From Amoebidium appalachense (Eukaryota; Protista; Ichthyosporea): DNA of 64,000 bases. Under the pieces are notes generated by a model, which did no database searches, had not been told where the DNA came from, and saw only the letters and a list, made by a program, of their open reading frames with translations. Position 1 is the first letter of the stretch, and the number at the start of each line of letters is the position of its first letter. The DNA lies in NCBI GenBank assembly GCA_963693365.1, contig CAVNZM010000001.1:13626418-13690417 (forward strand), read 5' to 3'. The position numbers and the translations under genes are program-made. This document shows positions 28,218-42,626 of this stretch, one piece after another.

Positions 28218-29643
28218 GGTACGTGTGTTGAATTACTAAGTTGGCTGGATAGATCCGTTGGCGGTACCCAATATTGATCTGACTGGTCACACACAGAGTC
28301 TGGCACAGAATTATTCCACAGATGTATGCAAAATAAAAAATAAAAAAAATAAAAAATTAAATAAAGGGTTTCATAAAACAACAATTAAAAATAGTATTTT
28401 TTTTTTTTCCCCGAGCTGAATTATCATGAAAAGCCGGAATAACGGCAGCCAGAAAGGCTCTGTAAAATATTTCCACTGTAGTGTCCCCCCTTAACGTTTA
28501 GACCATATGATCATGACCCCGGCCCAAGATCTAGACATAATTATAACTTGGACAGGGCCACGGATACAGGCCATTTGATTGGCCATAGATCACCTTGATC
28601 ATGACTTCATGACCATATTTGGGGTGTAGACACCCACCTATATTTGTTTATTAATCAGAAGCTATTTGCTACATTAGTCATTATATATCAGAGTTGGGTT
28701 TTTGGGCTTATATCAAAATAAATCCCCGCCACACCCACTATTCAAAGTTGACCGCCCAGCGGCACTTTGGCTATTATTAGCTATGCTTTTCCAAAAATAG
28801 AAGATTCGGCGGTTACATGGAAAACGTGTACGTAGATTAACTTTTGAATCAATGCCCCTTTAGGGAAGGCCAAAAAATCGAGGGAAAGAGTAAAAGAAAA
28901 TAAGAAAGAAAAACCAAAAATTATAAATCATAGAAGGTACAGGCATTATAGTTTGGTACGTGGTCACGATCGTGCCACACAGGTGTTTCCAAAAACTATT
29001 TTCCCAACAACACAACATTATATGGGCTACTACTCACGATCCAATTAAATGCGGAACGCATGGTTCGGCACATAACGGTTATATCTACCAATCCTTTTTA
29101 TCCCAGTGACAGTTTACCATAATAATAGACATACCGTCATATTGTTGTCCATTGTTGTGTCCATCCGCACTATTTCAAGACCTACCAGCCAATTCTGCAA
29201 TGTACTTTCTAAGAAAAATAAGAGAAGAAGAGAATTGTTCTATCCAATGCACAACACTAGCTTCCCTCAGAACACATTATAGTTATACCACGTACCAACT
29301 AAAATAAGGTGTCTCCTTTGCGTTATCCAACTACTGATCGCGCTGGGGAAAAAAATAAAACAAAAATAACATAAAATAAAATAAAGTAACATAAAATAAA
29401 ATGCAGATTTGGCTAAGTCAGCCAACAACCACCCCAACATCATACGACATCCACATCACTCCACATACGGAAACCATACAGAGAAAGTGCAGAAAACAAT
29501 GACATTTTGCCAAGTAACAACAAAATACATATAGAAACCAAACACCTCTATTCATCAATAACAATAAAGCATTACTATTAGTTAAAATAAATGATAAAGA
29601 AAAATAGAAGGAAAAACGCCAAATCATGAGACACAACACACCC

Positions 29644-29931
29644 TCATGCCGCAATCGCCAAAGTCAACTCAAAGTCCATCCTCCTAAACGCAATGTAGGC
29701 CTCCTGCGCCGTGGGCCTGTCCTGGGGGGAAATTGCCAGAAGGCGGTAGATCATTTCCCGGTGTTTTGCTGGAATCTTCTGCCATCGAACCTTCTCGTCT
29801 TCGCTGTGTGTCCCCTTCATGAACAGGGAGAACTCGGATGATCCCAGGTGCGCGGCGCCCCATGGAAAACGGCCAGTTATCATCTGTGTGTGTGTGTGGG
29901 GGGGGGGGGGGGGGGGGGGGGGGAGGGGGGA

Positions 29932-29979
<48 letters not shown>

Positions 29980-30153
29980 GTGTGTGCGTGCACGCTTTTT
30001 TCCTTTTTTTCTTTGTTTTTCTTGGGGGGGCGGAGGGGGAGGGAGGGAGGGAGGGTTATAAGCGGACACTACACAGTATAACTATGCCTTATAGTATACG
30101 TGTTCTATTCAAAGCACACCTTCAGCCCATACCAACACACATGCACACACACA

Positions 30154-30211
<58 letters not shown>

Positions 30212-30431
30212 GTGCCATACACATGCACATGCGCCGGCACCAAATGCTTCACGTAGGACATAACATCCCCTCCCTCTCCCTCACAAAAAAAAAAAAAAAG
30301 AAGAAGAAGAAGAAGAAGAAGAAGAAGGAAAAACTGATTGAAATTAAAACGTCCCACACAGCATTGCCCACACAATATCATTTTACACAAACAGAGAGCA
30401 AGAAAACACAACTGTGGCGCCCACATACACA

Positions 30432-30473
<42 letters not shown>

Positions 30474-30516
30474 CCCCACACGAAAGCACACACACAAAGC
30501 ATGCGCCTTGCGCGCG

Positions 30517-30559
<43 letters not shown>

Positions 30560-30574
30560 ACACACAAGCGCGCG

Positions 30575-30617
<43 letters not shown>

Positions 30618-30625
30618 GCACACAC

Positions 30626-30702
<77 letters not shown>

Positions 30703-30949
30703 CCCGAACATGCACATATAGGGACAGAGACATACTGCAAACACGCATATGCCGGCAGACCAAACATCGCATGCCTTCCAGTCGATTGACTTTCCGGCTG
30801 TGGACGGTTGGCCGTCGGCTGAAAAAAGCTCCGGGGCAAGGTAGGGGATAGTGCCTACGCTCTCGTGCATACCCCTGTGTGTACGTGTGTGTACGTGTGT
30901 AGGTGTGTGTACGTGTACGTGTGTAGGTGTGTGTACGTGTGTGCGCGCG

Positions 30950-31047
<98 letters not shown>

Positions 31048-32906
31048 CGCGCGCGCATGTGTGCACATGAAAATACTTGCTTTCCGGTGGGAATTTACAT
31101 TTCAATAGTAAATGGACTGCACCACAAACGGTAAAGCTATCTGCTGATAACATATATTGTTTTGTACGCTATAGACCCACATTTCTTCATGGGCACGCAT
31201 GGAATAAAGGCAAAGTGTTTCAACGTCACATTCACTGGCTGCATCGGTGTGCCGAATCTACTTTTTATCCATATCCAATCACTCATGCCCCATAAATGAC
31301 ATACAAACATGCACGCTTACAACACAAGACGCTCATATACCCATGATAAACACAACACGCGACACACAAGCCCCCCTATGGGGCTGTGCGCCCACCCACA
31401 CCCACACAGTTTGCATGTACACCCACCCACACAAACATGCGATCGTGCATTCACTCCCACACAAGCTACCACCCACACGCAAAAAAAATTGCAGCCACAA
31501 GTACGCCATGTGCGTGCACACAGTAGATAACCTACACACACTGACTCAAAACACCATACATATGCATAGAGCCACACAGCTACAGCTATAGAGCCATATA
31601 TGGAGCACAGTGCTATATACAGACAAGGGACTGGGGGTCTATTTTGCTCCCTCCACAAACGACATGCACCCACACGTAGGCCACGGACATGGGAACGGGA
31701 TTTGGGGAGGGACCGGGGGAGAGGAGCAAATATTCAGAGTAGGGAGGGAGGGGGGAGGGGGGGGGGGGGGGGGGGTGAACAAAGCAAGCGGAAGCACTCA
31801 CGGGCGCGCATGTTTGCGAGTGAGTGTGTGTGTGTGTCTGTGTGTGTGTTGGGGGGGGGGGGGGGGGGGGGGAAGGTGGTGTGCATGTGTATGTGCGGAG
31901 CCTGGGGAGCGGCAGGGGCGGGGGGGAGGGGGGGGATAAATGTATGCGTGGCTGGAGGCAGAGTTAAACAAAGAACACGACCAAACCAAAACACCACCAC
32001 ACACCCCAGAAGAAGCGTTGAGGCGAGAGAAAATCAGGCGCAAAGGGGGGCGAGGGGGGGAAGAATTTCCACGCACCGAAGTTCATTCTCATTCAAATTC
32101 ACGGCATATCCAAAATCACACAGCTTCAGCGAGTGCCTATTGCCCGTCAACATGAGATTTTCTGGCTTCACGTCCCTGTGAGCAATGTTCAACCCATGCA
32201 CATGTGACAACGCCGAAAACAACTGCATGGAAAATCGGGTCGCCCGCTTCAAATCCAACCCGCTATCGGGGGGGATCGCATCCAAAAGATCACCCCCAGA
32301 CATGAATGGTGTGATGAATTTCACGACATTTCCGCTGTCCACTACATCGAGTAAACACAGAACCCCGCTGTGGTGGCCCTGTGATGCCTTCACATGTATC
32401 GCCGCCTCGCGCGCAATGGCACGCGCGTTCGTTGGCCGCTTAAATATTCTCTTTATCGCCACTCGCTGGTTTGTGAGCTTGTCAACCGCAACATCAACGG
32501 ATGCAGTTGCGCCCTGTGCGTGGTTTATCTTCAATACCGCATACCGTTGGCTCGCCCGTGCTGCATGTTCTTGCGCGCGCACAGCAGCCTCGCTCTTCGA
32601 ACCATTTTGACTACCCTTGCCGTCATTTTCGTTCACCTTTGAGGTTTTGGCGGCCAGCTTCGGGCAGGGTTGTTGCTCTTGATTGGTGCCCAACGCATGT
32701 TCCTTCTCGGAAGTTGTCTGCTCGATGGAATCCCTCGGTTTCTTTTCAACTAGTGTGCTTACCAAACTACCTGCTGAACTGGGTGTTGCCTTCGCTATTG
32801 CCGAGTCCATCACCTGCCCCGTACCCAGGGAGGGAAGGAATGAGGGAGATTGGGTGGCCGGACTGTTGAACGACAACATGGTTTTCGACTCGACGCACAC
32901 CTTCAT
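29644..32906 (-). CDS. Serine/threonine protein kinase (CAMK-group-like), ~402 aa, 3 exons
   Basis: Exons 32906-32077, 30874-30736, 29883-29644 (1209 nt, in frame, GT-AG). VAIK, REAAIH (alphaC Glu), HRDVKPEN, DFG, GTIPYLAPE, DVWSAGI, PQDRPTA. Confidence 0.93.
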
Positions 32907-35708
32907 TCTCCGAGACGACGAACCGAAAAGCTCTGTTTTGCTATATTCTAGTTTTCGTGTGGAAACGTGTGGAAATTATATCTATTCTCTTAATCTCGAA
33001 GGTTTGACGTATACGCGTATATATGTGGCGAGGTACGGTATGATTGGGCTGAAACGTGTACGGTGGCACCAGCACGTGTCTGTCCTGGACCGATAGACCA
33101 GCTCTCACGCTGCAGGCGCCAACAGGTGATCTGTCAAATTATGAGAGTTTGGGACTATGCCGCAAAAGTGTGGGAAAAGAGGGGCTGGCTGCGGAGAGGA
33201 AAGCCAAAGACAAATATCATATGTGTGTGAGCAATTAGGATGTTGACGCACATGTAGAGGTGTGGGAGCAGAGAGCTAAAAGGTAATTGTTCGCAACTTG
33301 TGCTCCAGCAGACGCTACGGTACGGGTTTGTGTTTTGGGGCGAATAACGAAGCTTTGGGCTTGAACTCAACAAACATGCAAGTGAGTGGTGCAGCGCTGT
33401 CTGACGCCAAACTAATGTGTTATGGAAAACGATACCATAGGGTGTAATTAAAGTACATTTAGTTGTGTGCCCATACTCTCAATATCTCGTATGAACCGTT
33501 CGTATGCTGTTTGTGTCGACCTGGGATGTTCCGGCGTATCACCTACTCTACTTCCTGTAGGCAACAAAACGTTGCGTGTGCGTGAGTGTAGTGTGTGCAT
33601 GTGTAGGTAGACGTGTGAGGGTACACGTAAGCAATAAAGCAATAGGACAGCTATGACACAGCTACAAGGCCGTCTGGGACCTATACAAGCCACCCATTAC
33701 ACAGATCGCATGCCAAACTATTATAACAGCGCGAGGTTCATCCCATGTCGTGTTTTGTACAGTGTACAGTACACGTACCAAGGCCCTCTCGGAGTGACAC
33801 ACTCAGTCCCTTATGTACGCCTATGTAAAATGCGTGATTTTGACTCAATCAGAAAAACCTGTGCTGCTGCTAATGGCCCATAAAGATTAGACTAGAGAGT
33901 AAGTTAAACGCATATTTTCAATGATCAACAAAAGCTATTTCCTTTGAATGATAGTTTTAGTTTATGCTGATAAGTGCGACGATAATCGAAAATGCTTCGT
34001 TTTTTTTGCTATTGTATCTAATATGTCAAAATAAGAACAATGTTATTGTATTGTGAGGTTTATGACATGGGTTCCCCTAGAACCCAATCAAAGGCAGATA
34101 AAGTTTAGTAACAGAGAGCGCATTCCTGAAATGGCGCATTTATTGTGGTGGTCACTCACCTTCTAATTTTAAAACTATAGATCGTCACTGATTGGTATAC
34201 ACCATAGTTTACAAGGTAAGGCAGGAAAGCGTTGTCGGTCAATACTGTGAAACAAAAAATCAGGTTTACAACCACAAAAAATTATTCCTACTTTTGGCTT
34301 TGTTAAGCCTTTAAGCATGCTCATGCCAAATTATATAATTGTTTATATTATGGAAACATGTCTACTCTGTACAATATGAAGCGGATATCGATATGCATAT
34401 GCATTGGCCACTTGTGAACTCGTCTAAAATCATGCATCTTTCGGACACATAAAGAATGTTGAGAATACCGGCTCTGACGCTCTGTGCAGTGATTGGGTTA
34501 TTTTGAAAGCCCAATTCTATTGGCTCAATGGGTATCATCGGCGACGCCAACACGGTGGGAAGACTGTCGGACTGTGTACGTAGGCGTAAGACACACGCAC
34601 ACAGAGAGAGCATAATATTGGACTTCCGCACAGACAAACACACGCAGGGGCACCTTGCGCGCTCTGCTAAAGGCGGGCCAAAAAAAGCTGTAAGATAGGG
34701 TGCAGATATATGCATAATTTAGTCCTCATTGTCCGTGGATGGTTTGTGTCCCAACGTTTAATGTGTGCCAGCCACATCAGGTGCATGTACTACGTCTCGG
34801 TGGGAGCCTAGAGCGCAGCCACCAGAGAACTGGAAGCCAACACATTGTGGTGTCCCTGAACATGTGTGTCTGCCCACATGTGTAAACGTACGGTGCGTGC
34901 ATCTGTGTGTGCTTGTGTGCGTGCGTGCGGGTGTGTTGCGCACGGCATGTGCAAGTAAATGGCGGGGCGTGCGTGTCCGAGCGCGTGTCCATCGTTGTGT
35001 TTTCTCTAGTCCACAAGGTGCTTGCGTGTTGGCATCGAAGCTAGGAAAGTGTGCATGCGTGCAGCTGCTTGCATGTTTATTGCGCATGCTTCTTTTCGGT
35101 GTTTTGGGAACCTGTGTCTTTGCACACACGTCTGGCATTTGCACGCATCACTCTGCCAGGGTGTGCATATATATGACCTGTGTGTATGTGCGCCTGGGTG
35201 TTTGTGTGCTTGTACATATATCCGCGCATATATGCAGTTGATGGCATATGAAGGCCGTTTTGTATATGTTTTTTTGGTGCACGCGTGTGCTGTGCGTGTG
35301 GGTGAAGTACGTGAAAACATTTTGTTTTTGTGCCCTAAGGTTTTGTTGCGCTTAATCTTTCACACTTAACCTTTCAAGGTAATCAATGGTTTGTGTATGT
35401 ATGTGTGTGTGTGCTTGTGCTGGTTCCCCAAGTCTTGTGTTGGCTGTGTGTGGGTGGGCCCACACCGTTTTAGTTCTCTGTTCTCCCTCCCCCCCCCCTC
35501 CCCCCGGCCCCCTCCCCCAACCTCCCTTTCCCCCCTCGTCCCACGTGTGTGTGTAATGTTCGCGTGTGAGTGAGGCATGTTGTGTACGTGCATGCGTGTA
35601 TGTGTGTGTGGGGGGGGGGGGGGGGGGGGGGGGGGAGGAAAAGACCGCGGAGGGGGTGTGTGGGTGTGTGGGTGGGCGGATGGTTGGATGCGTGTGTGCG
35701 TGCGTGTG

Positions 35709-35751
<43 letters not shown>

Positions 35752-36062
35752 ACATGAGTCACGCACGTCTGCAGTCGGGATGCTCACGTCAAGGATCCTT
35801 ATGTTCAGTAAAATGAAAGGAATTCCTTGCGTGCAAGTGACCTTGTTCCGTTGTGCTCGAAACCATCCCCTCCCCCCCCCCCCCCTCCCCCCCCTCCCCC
35901 GCCCTGCCCGCAGGGTCTTTTAGGGCCCTGCAGTCGACTGGGAAGAGTGCTTTTCCATGTGTGGCCTTGCCTTGACCACACTGTTTGTGATGGCATAATG
36001 ATTGAAGAGGTGGGATTTTTAAGGATTCTTGCACAAATTCAGAATTTGTGTTGTTCGTGTGT

Positions 36063-36108
<46 letters not shown>

Positions 36109-36290
36109 GGGGGGGGGGGGACAGGGAGGCAGAGCTCGATTCCCGGTTTCGACTTTTTGCGGACACAAACCTTTAAACTCTTCCTTTGGAAATTGCCAGA
36201 AAGCCTTTGGGAAACTTCTTGCTGGAGGCTTACACCACCCTTCAGGAATACATGTAGCACTTTTCTATGCTTGACTAGGTATTCGAACCC

Positions 36291-36321
<31 letters not shown>

Positions 36322-36490
36322 CCCCCTCCCCTCACTTCCTTTCCCTCCACTCTCTCGGCCGCATACACACATGCACAAACAGCCTCTTATGTTTATCCCC
36401 TGACCACTCGACCACACGTACAGTACTTTCAGTGACTAATATCGTAAACACTTTTACTATGATGATATATGCATGGCCTCATGAAAGCCC

Positions 36491-36527
<37 letters not shown>

Positions 36528-36592
36528 TGCATCGTGCTATCCGTTGTTCATGTGTACTTTGTAATTTATGATGCATTCAACCCCCCCCCCCC

Positions 36593-36632
<40 letters not shown>

Positions 36633-36945
36633 CCCCCAACCCTCCTACCACCACTACCACCCGCCTCCCCTTCCCCCTACCCAACACCCTCTCCCATTCC
36701 CTTCCTCCAGCCTTTTCCTCCTTCCCCTCCTCCCCCCGGTGGCTCCTTTCCTCCAAGCATGCACACATAAAAACATACACACGCCAGTGACCGTACAGTG
36801 ACCACCATCACATAATCCTTAAAATTTAAACCGCGCTCTATGTCATGCACGAAATTGCACACTGCCACAGTGCCCCGGCATTCTAAATAGTCATGTGCCA
36901 TTCGCTTGAACATGTACTTGAAATGACCGCTTACTTTTTTTTTTT

Positions 36946-36976
<31 letters not shown>

Positions 36977-37135
36977 GGGGGGAGGGGGGGGGGGGGGGAA
37001 GGCACAGGCGGTGATCCCAGAAAGAGGAGTGGAAGGAGGGTGTGTGGGTTGGTGACCACTACATGGGGCGCCCGAGGAGGGGGGAGGAGGAGGGCGGGAG
37101 AGAGAGAGAGAGAGAGGGAGAGGGAGAGAGAGGGA

Positions 37136-37212
<77 letters not shown>

Positions 37213-37688
37213 TGTGTGTGTGTGTGTGTGTGTGTGCACATGTGTGGTTACGGTGTGCGTGGGTGTGCATGTAGTGTGCGTGCCACTAGCTGGAGGCCTA
37301 GGGTGCTTGTCCTTTGTAGGTGTGGGTGTGCGTGGGTGTTGGCTTTTGCTTGTGTACATATTGTCACAGTGTGCGTGTGCATGTTGTGTGTACCATGTGC
37401 AAGGGCAACGGTGGCGGCGGTAAGGCCGGAGGGGGAGGGGCGGGGAGTTGGGGGAGAGTGAGGGGCCCGGGGGGGAAGGGGGGGAGGGGGGGGGGAAGGC
37501 GGGAGCTAAGGGGAGCCCCGGGTGGGGAGGGGGGGGGGGGAGAAGGGGGGGAAGGGGGGGGGGGGGGGGGGGTCGCTAGTGAAGTGAATTCCTTTTCAGC
37601 CAACATACCTTGCTTGGGTCCTCCATCTGCGGCACCACGCCATCCATCTTTGCGGATGACTTCTGGCCAGGGGGCCCAACTCCCTGCA

Positions 37689-37796
<108 letters not shown>

Positions 37797-37847
37797 CTCC
37801 CCCATTCTCTCTCACTCTCTCTCTCTCCCCCCCCCCCCCCCCCCTCC

Positions 37848-37882
<35 letters not shown>

Positions 37883-39325
37883 CGTGTGTGTGTGATTACA
37901 ACGGTCAGCATATGAGCGAAAAACATTTATCGTTCAGTGTACAATATGTACAGACAAAAACGAACTGGCTAAAGCTTCTGGCAGTTGGTTTTGGCGAAGC
38001 CTCCTGGCATACTTCAAGCCTTTTTCATTCTATGTAGCCAGGAGTACGAGATGTTGACTCTGAGTCTCTGCTAGACGGAAATAGGAGTCGCTCTCTTCAT
38101 CTGAGTCAGCATTACATGTTACATGTGTACTGTAGCTGGTCGACGGACAGTTCGAAAGGTTGTCCGTATGGGCATGATGCATATGTCTACTACTATTATG
38201 TAGTAGAATCGTTGTTTCTCTTCCTCCTACATCAGTATACGTTCGTAAGATTATTATTTAAGGTATTACTTACTGTAGCCAATGGTGTCGTGAAAGCCCC
38301 TTGAGCCTCCTTTGGTCGTGGCACACTGGCACGACGGACGTGCGCTCGCATCTGTGCAGGGCTGTGAAATTATTGGGCTGCTGATTAGCCAGTGGCCTAG
38401 ATGGCAGCCGCTGATATTCCTGCGCGAAAAACCATTATTGTCCATATATCTAGTATGGGTATTAATAATATTTTTATGGTTATTATTAGGTCTTCTCATG
38501 TGTCAACTACGGCGCTAGCAGGGGCAAGCAGGGGCAAATATATATTGAGCCAATCCAGCATGAGACAAAAGCTACCAAAATTTCATAATTATAGCCAACC
38601 AAAACAGTGAAACGGTCGAGAGGACCGGTTGCGCTCTTGCCTAAAAAGGCTAAAAGGGTTCTCCATGGATCTTCAACGCATCTGGTTATGGGGCGTATCA
38701 TGCTGGTACCGTAAATTTTGACGTGAATCTAAGTACTGACTTGGTAAGTTTATTTAAAGCTAAGAGCAGACAAGATCATCACGGACATCGAGTTTTTGAG
38801 ATAAACTTATTGCAATACAATAAATACAAAAAGACAGATGCCACAGATGTGGTACACTGTACGCGGGCCGCCTCTGTCCCTGCATTTCTATGCAAAGTAC
38901 TCCTTGCAAGGTCTGCAGATCTGCATGCATTCGCCACCGTCTCTAGTTAGTATATGCTCTGAACGCACAGCTAAATATATCAATAATCACACACACGCAA
39001 ATTACAAACATAGAACAATATTTTAGGTCTGAGATGAGCAAAGAGTTTTGGGGATTTCGGGCCTGGTGTTGCCCGTATTTTGTTTAATGATATCATTATC
39101 GTGAAATGAAAGGGTTCCATTGCAAAGTTTAGAGTTTTTAGGGAGCCTCTACTGATTGGATTCCTAAAATGCGCTAATACGATTGGTCAACAAAATCATC
39201 CACCGCCCTGCATATAAAAACTTCACTTCCACCGTTTCGTATTACACAGGAACAGCACAGAAACACACAAGCGTCTTGCGCGGCAGCTCGCACACACGCA
39301 CACACGTGCACACGAACATAGCACG

Positions 39326-40426
39326 ATGCGGTCGCTTGCTATTTTCGCCGCCGCCTTTCTGCTCGCCGCTGGCAGCAGCAGCGGTCTTGAGTCGGATAGC
39401 CCCCACGAACACCTCCCCCACCACCGCACCCGCAGGCTTATTGGTGGTCGGTCAATTTTTCGCCCTCGCCCTTGGATGGTTGCCCTAATTGATCCCAAGA
39501 ACGACGCTTATGTTTGGTGTGGGGGGTTCCTAATCCACCCTCAGTGGCTCGTCACGGCTGCTAGTTGCGGGTACACTTATGACCCAGTCGGTAATCTAGT
39601 GACTTACACGTCTTTCAAGGCTATGGTTGGTGGCGTGTACCTGCCAAACTCTGGGCTCGGTTCCGACACGCAGTATACCAACCGGACGGTGACGAAAGTC
39701 TACCCCCACCCCGATTTCAAGTACAACATGTGGATTAGTAACAAGATGTACGAGCCGAACAACGTTGCCCTATACCGGCTCGATGCACCTGTCAACACAG
39801 GGGGCTCTCTCATGCGTCTAAACACTCTCCCCGTCCCAGCCCTGAGCAACAACGACAAGGCCAGCAAGACCGTTTTTGAACTGTTTGGGTGGGGTGCCAT
39901 GTACAGGTTTTCGTCGGTCGACGACCAGGGCATGGAGTCAATCAATACACAGTACCCCCAACAGATGCGCCAAACACTACTCCCGCTCATGGCCAAGCCA
40001 GTGTGCGAGAAGATGTTGCAAGACGACCCCAAACACGGGCACGGGATGTTGTACTCGCAGTTTTGCGCCGGGGGTATGAACAAGCAAGGGTGTTACGACG
40101 ACGTCGGGGGAGCTCTTTTCAACGAGGGGACGGACAGGAAGGGAGATAAGGTGGTAGATAGGCCGTGCGCCGCGGGTGTGTTTGCCGATGCCGACGATTG
40201 TCTTATTGGTGACAACCCTGTTCCTCGCCCGGGCATGTACACCGACCTGTCTTTCTACGTTCCTTGGATCAAGCAGACTATTGCGAGCGTGGATGGGGAG
40301 GCCGTTTCCATGGGGGTGGGCACGTGCACCATTGCTCTCAACAACAGCGGCTACAAGAAGAGGTACTGGCGCAACAAGACGAAACCGATCGATGGGCCCG
40401 AGGCTACCCCCCTCCCCAAGTTGTGA
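39326..40426 (+). CDS. Secreted trypsin-family (S1) serine protease homologue, predicted catalytically inactive; intronless
   Basis: Signal peptide MRSLAIFAAAFLLAAG; RTRR|LIGG activation site; PWMVAL, CGGFLIHPQWLVTAASC, GWG, QFCAGG, PGMYTDLSFYVPWI. Triad positions read TAASC (H>S), NNVAL (D>N) and YDDVGG (S>V). Confidence 0.93.
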   Translation: MRSLAIFAAAFLLAAGSSSGLESDSPHEHLPHHRTRRLIGGRSIFRPRPWMVALIDPKNDAYVWCGGFLIHPQWLVTAASCGYTYDPVGNLVTYTSFKAMVGGVYLPNSGLGSDTQYTNRTVTKVYPHPDFKYNMWISNKMYEPNNVALYRLDAPVNTGGSLMRLNTLPVPALSNNDKASKTVFELFGWGAMYRFSSVDDQGMESINTQYPQQMRQTLLPLMAKPVCEKMLQDDPKHGHGMLYSQFCAGGMNKQGCYDDVGGALFNEGTDRKGDKVVDRPCAAGVFADADDCLIGDNPVPRPGMYTDLSFYVPWIKQTIASVDGEAVSMGVGTCTIALNNSGYKKRYWRNKTKPIDGPEATPLPKL

Positions 40427-41580
40427 ACGATAATGCGGATTCTCAGAGCGAAAAACGGCATTTTTATCGTAAAGTGGAAATTGCATGTGGAACGGCCGGC
40501 ACCCAAAACAGTAACTACTAGTATACATAGCCGGTGTCGAAATTGCCCGCTCTTTAATGTAGATATTATGGAACTTCGTGTAGCGCTGACATATTCAACA
40601 TTATGTTTAGGTCACGGTGTATAGATAAATTCTACGGGTATTGTGGAAAAAGGCATGATGTATATCTGGAACTTTAGCCCGCACAAACAAAATGGTTATG
40701 GGAACTTGGGACTGTTATACAACTTATTATTTTCTCTTATTATGTCTCATGATCTATGGACTAATTCTGCTATGTACAAAGATAACGAAGTTAATTTAAG
40801 AAAATATCTTCACTTGTGTATGTATAGACAAATTCTGTTGTGTACAAAGATAACTACAAGATAACGAATGGCGCCAACACACTTCACTACTAGTATAGTG
40901 TTAATGCCCTGTTCTCAACCTTGATGGTGTGCAACAGTTGATTAAATAAACCAAAAGTTATTATCCACCTAACATGTTCAGTTTGTAGCAGGAAAAAAAA
41001 AAAATGCTGTGTACATAAAATGCCATCTGAATTACTGTAAAGCGCACCAGCGCATCAGAGATTTACAGCTACCGGCACCGGTTTCCAGCTATATCTCCAT
41101 CTGCACCGGTCGGTTGTGTACATATCAAATAAAATGGCTCTATCAATAAAGCGAGTGTTTATTTCAAGCCTAATTACGGCACATACGAGTGACGTTCACG
41201 GGAGAATGTGACCGAACAAGGTGTGCCAAAAAACCTGCCTCTTGAATGATTCTTTATGGTGAGTACAAAACCGCAACAAGATCTTCGAACGCAGGAGAGG
41301 GTGGGGGTATTGGATTAAATCCTGCAAGCCGGGTGTGGCGGGCACGCCTGGCTGGCACATGCATTCAAGTTGGCTGTAGTGTACGTGTGCCCACTCGAAC
41401 CTACCGGGAAAAAAATGGCACCGACATAGTCTATGTACATGTCTGCGCACCGCATGTCGACCATGCACCCCCCCCCCCCCCCCCCCCCCCCCCCTCCCCC
41501 CCTCCCCAGTGCTTTCTTTCCCCCCCCCCTCCCCCTCCCCCTACCTGGACTATGTAATATAGCCTCAAGCTTGCGGTTTA

Positions 41581-41623
<43 letters not shown>

Positions 41624-41757
41624 CCCCCCCCCCCCCTCCTCCCCCCTCCCCCTCCCCGCCTGAGGCCTTCTCCTCCCCCCCCCCCCCCCCCCCCCTCCTC
41701 TCCCCAAAAAAAGAAGAAAGAAAGAAAAACGAAAAACCACACACAAAAGTTTACTTA

Positions 41758-41809
<52 letters not shown>

Positions 41810-42019
41810 AGGGCCCAAAATAGGGTCAACAAGTACAACAATAAACAATGATTATGAGGCTTAACCTCATTGATACAGTATAATGAACAACAATGTGCTG
41901 AGAAAAAAAGACTTCGGATAAGCCCATTATTTACCAGAAAACTTTGATGGCTCATCTTTCGAGCTCATTGATTGAGTGCACGCAAGAGCCTCTCCGAGTA
42001 CATAAAGATCCGGAGTCGA

Positions 42020-42096
<77 letters not shown>

Positions 42097-42589
42097 ACAC
42101 ACACGCGCGCACACGGCCCCTTACAGACAGAAAGTCACCATCATATAGTGCAAGTCTCACTCCATTACGCGTGCGGCCGTAGTGAAACCGCAGGCCGCAC
42201 CTAGCACTAAGTCTTGCCATATATGTATGGTCATCCATAGCCTCATGTGGTATAGTGCGGGATTAGTCCAATAGTAATCCAGACTAGTGAGCCAATAGGA
42301 ATTGCTTTATTGTGGTAAGCGGCCAATGAGATTCATCCCTGTCTCCCGGGAATCATCATCATTGGAACTCCTCCCTGTGGGAGAAGTGTACCAAGAGACA
42401 CACGCGTACGGCTGACAGGCTCAGTTGTACGTTAAGCCAGAGCTATCTCACTCCGCTATGCCCCTCTGTGAGTACCACGTTTCAGTTCTTCCCCCCCCCC
42501 CCCCCCCCCCCCCCTCCCTCCACTTCCACCACCACCACCTACCACGTGCACCCATCCACCCACCCGCCCCACCCACCCACACACACATC

Positions 42590-42626
<37 letters not shown>

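Noticed and set aside
41196-41400. Possible terminal exon on the minus strand (FEWAHVHYSQLEC...)
   Set aside because: A plausible acceptor, but no upstream exons could be linked and no motif was recognised.
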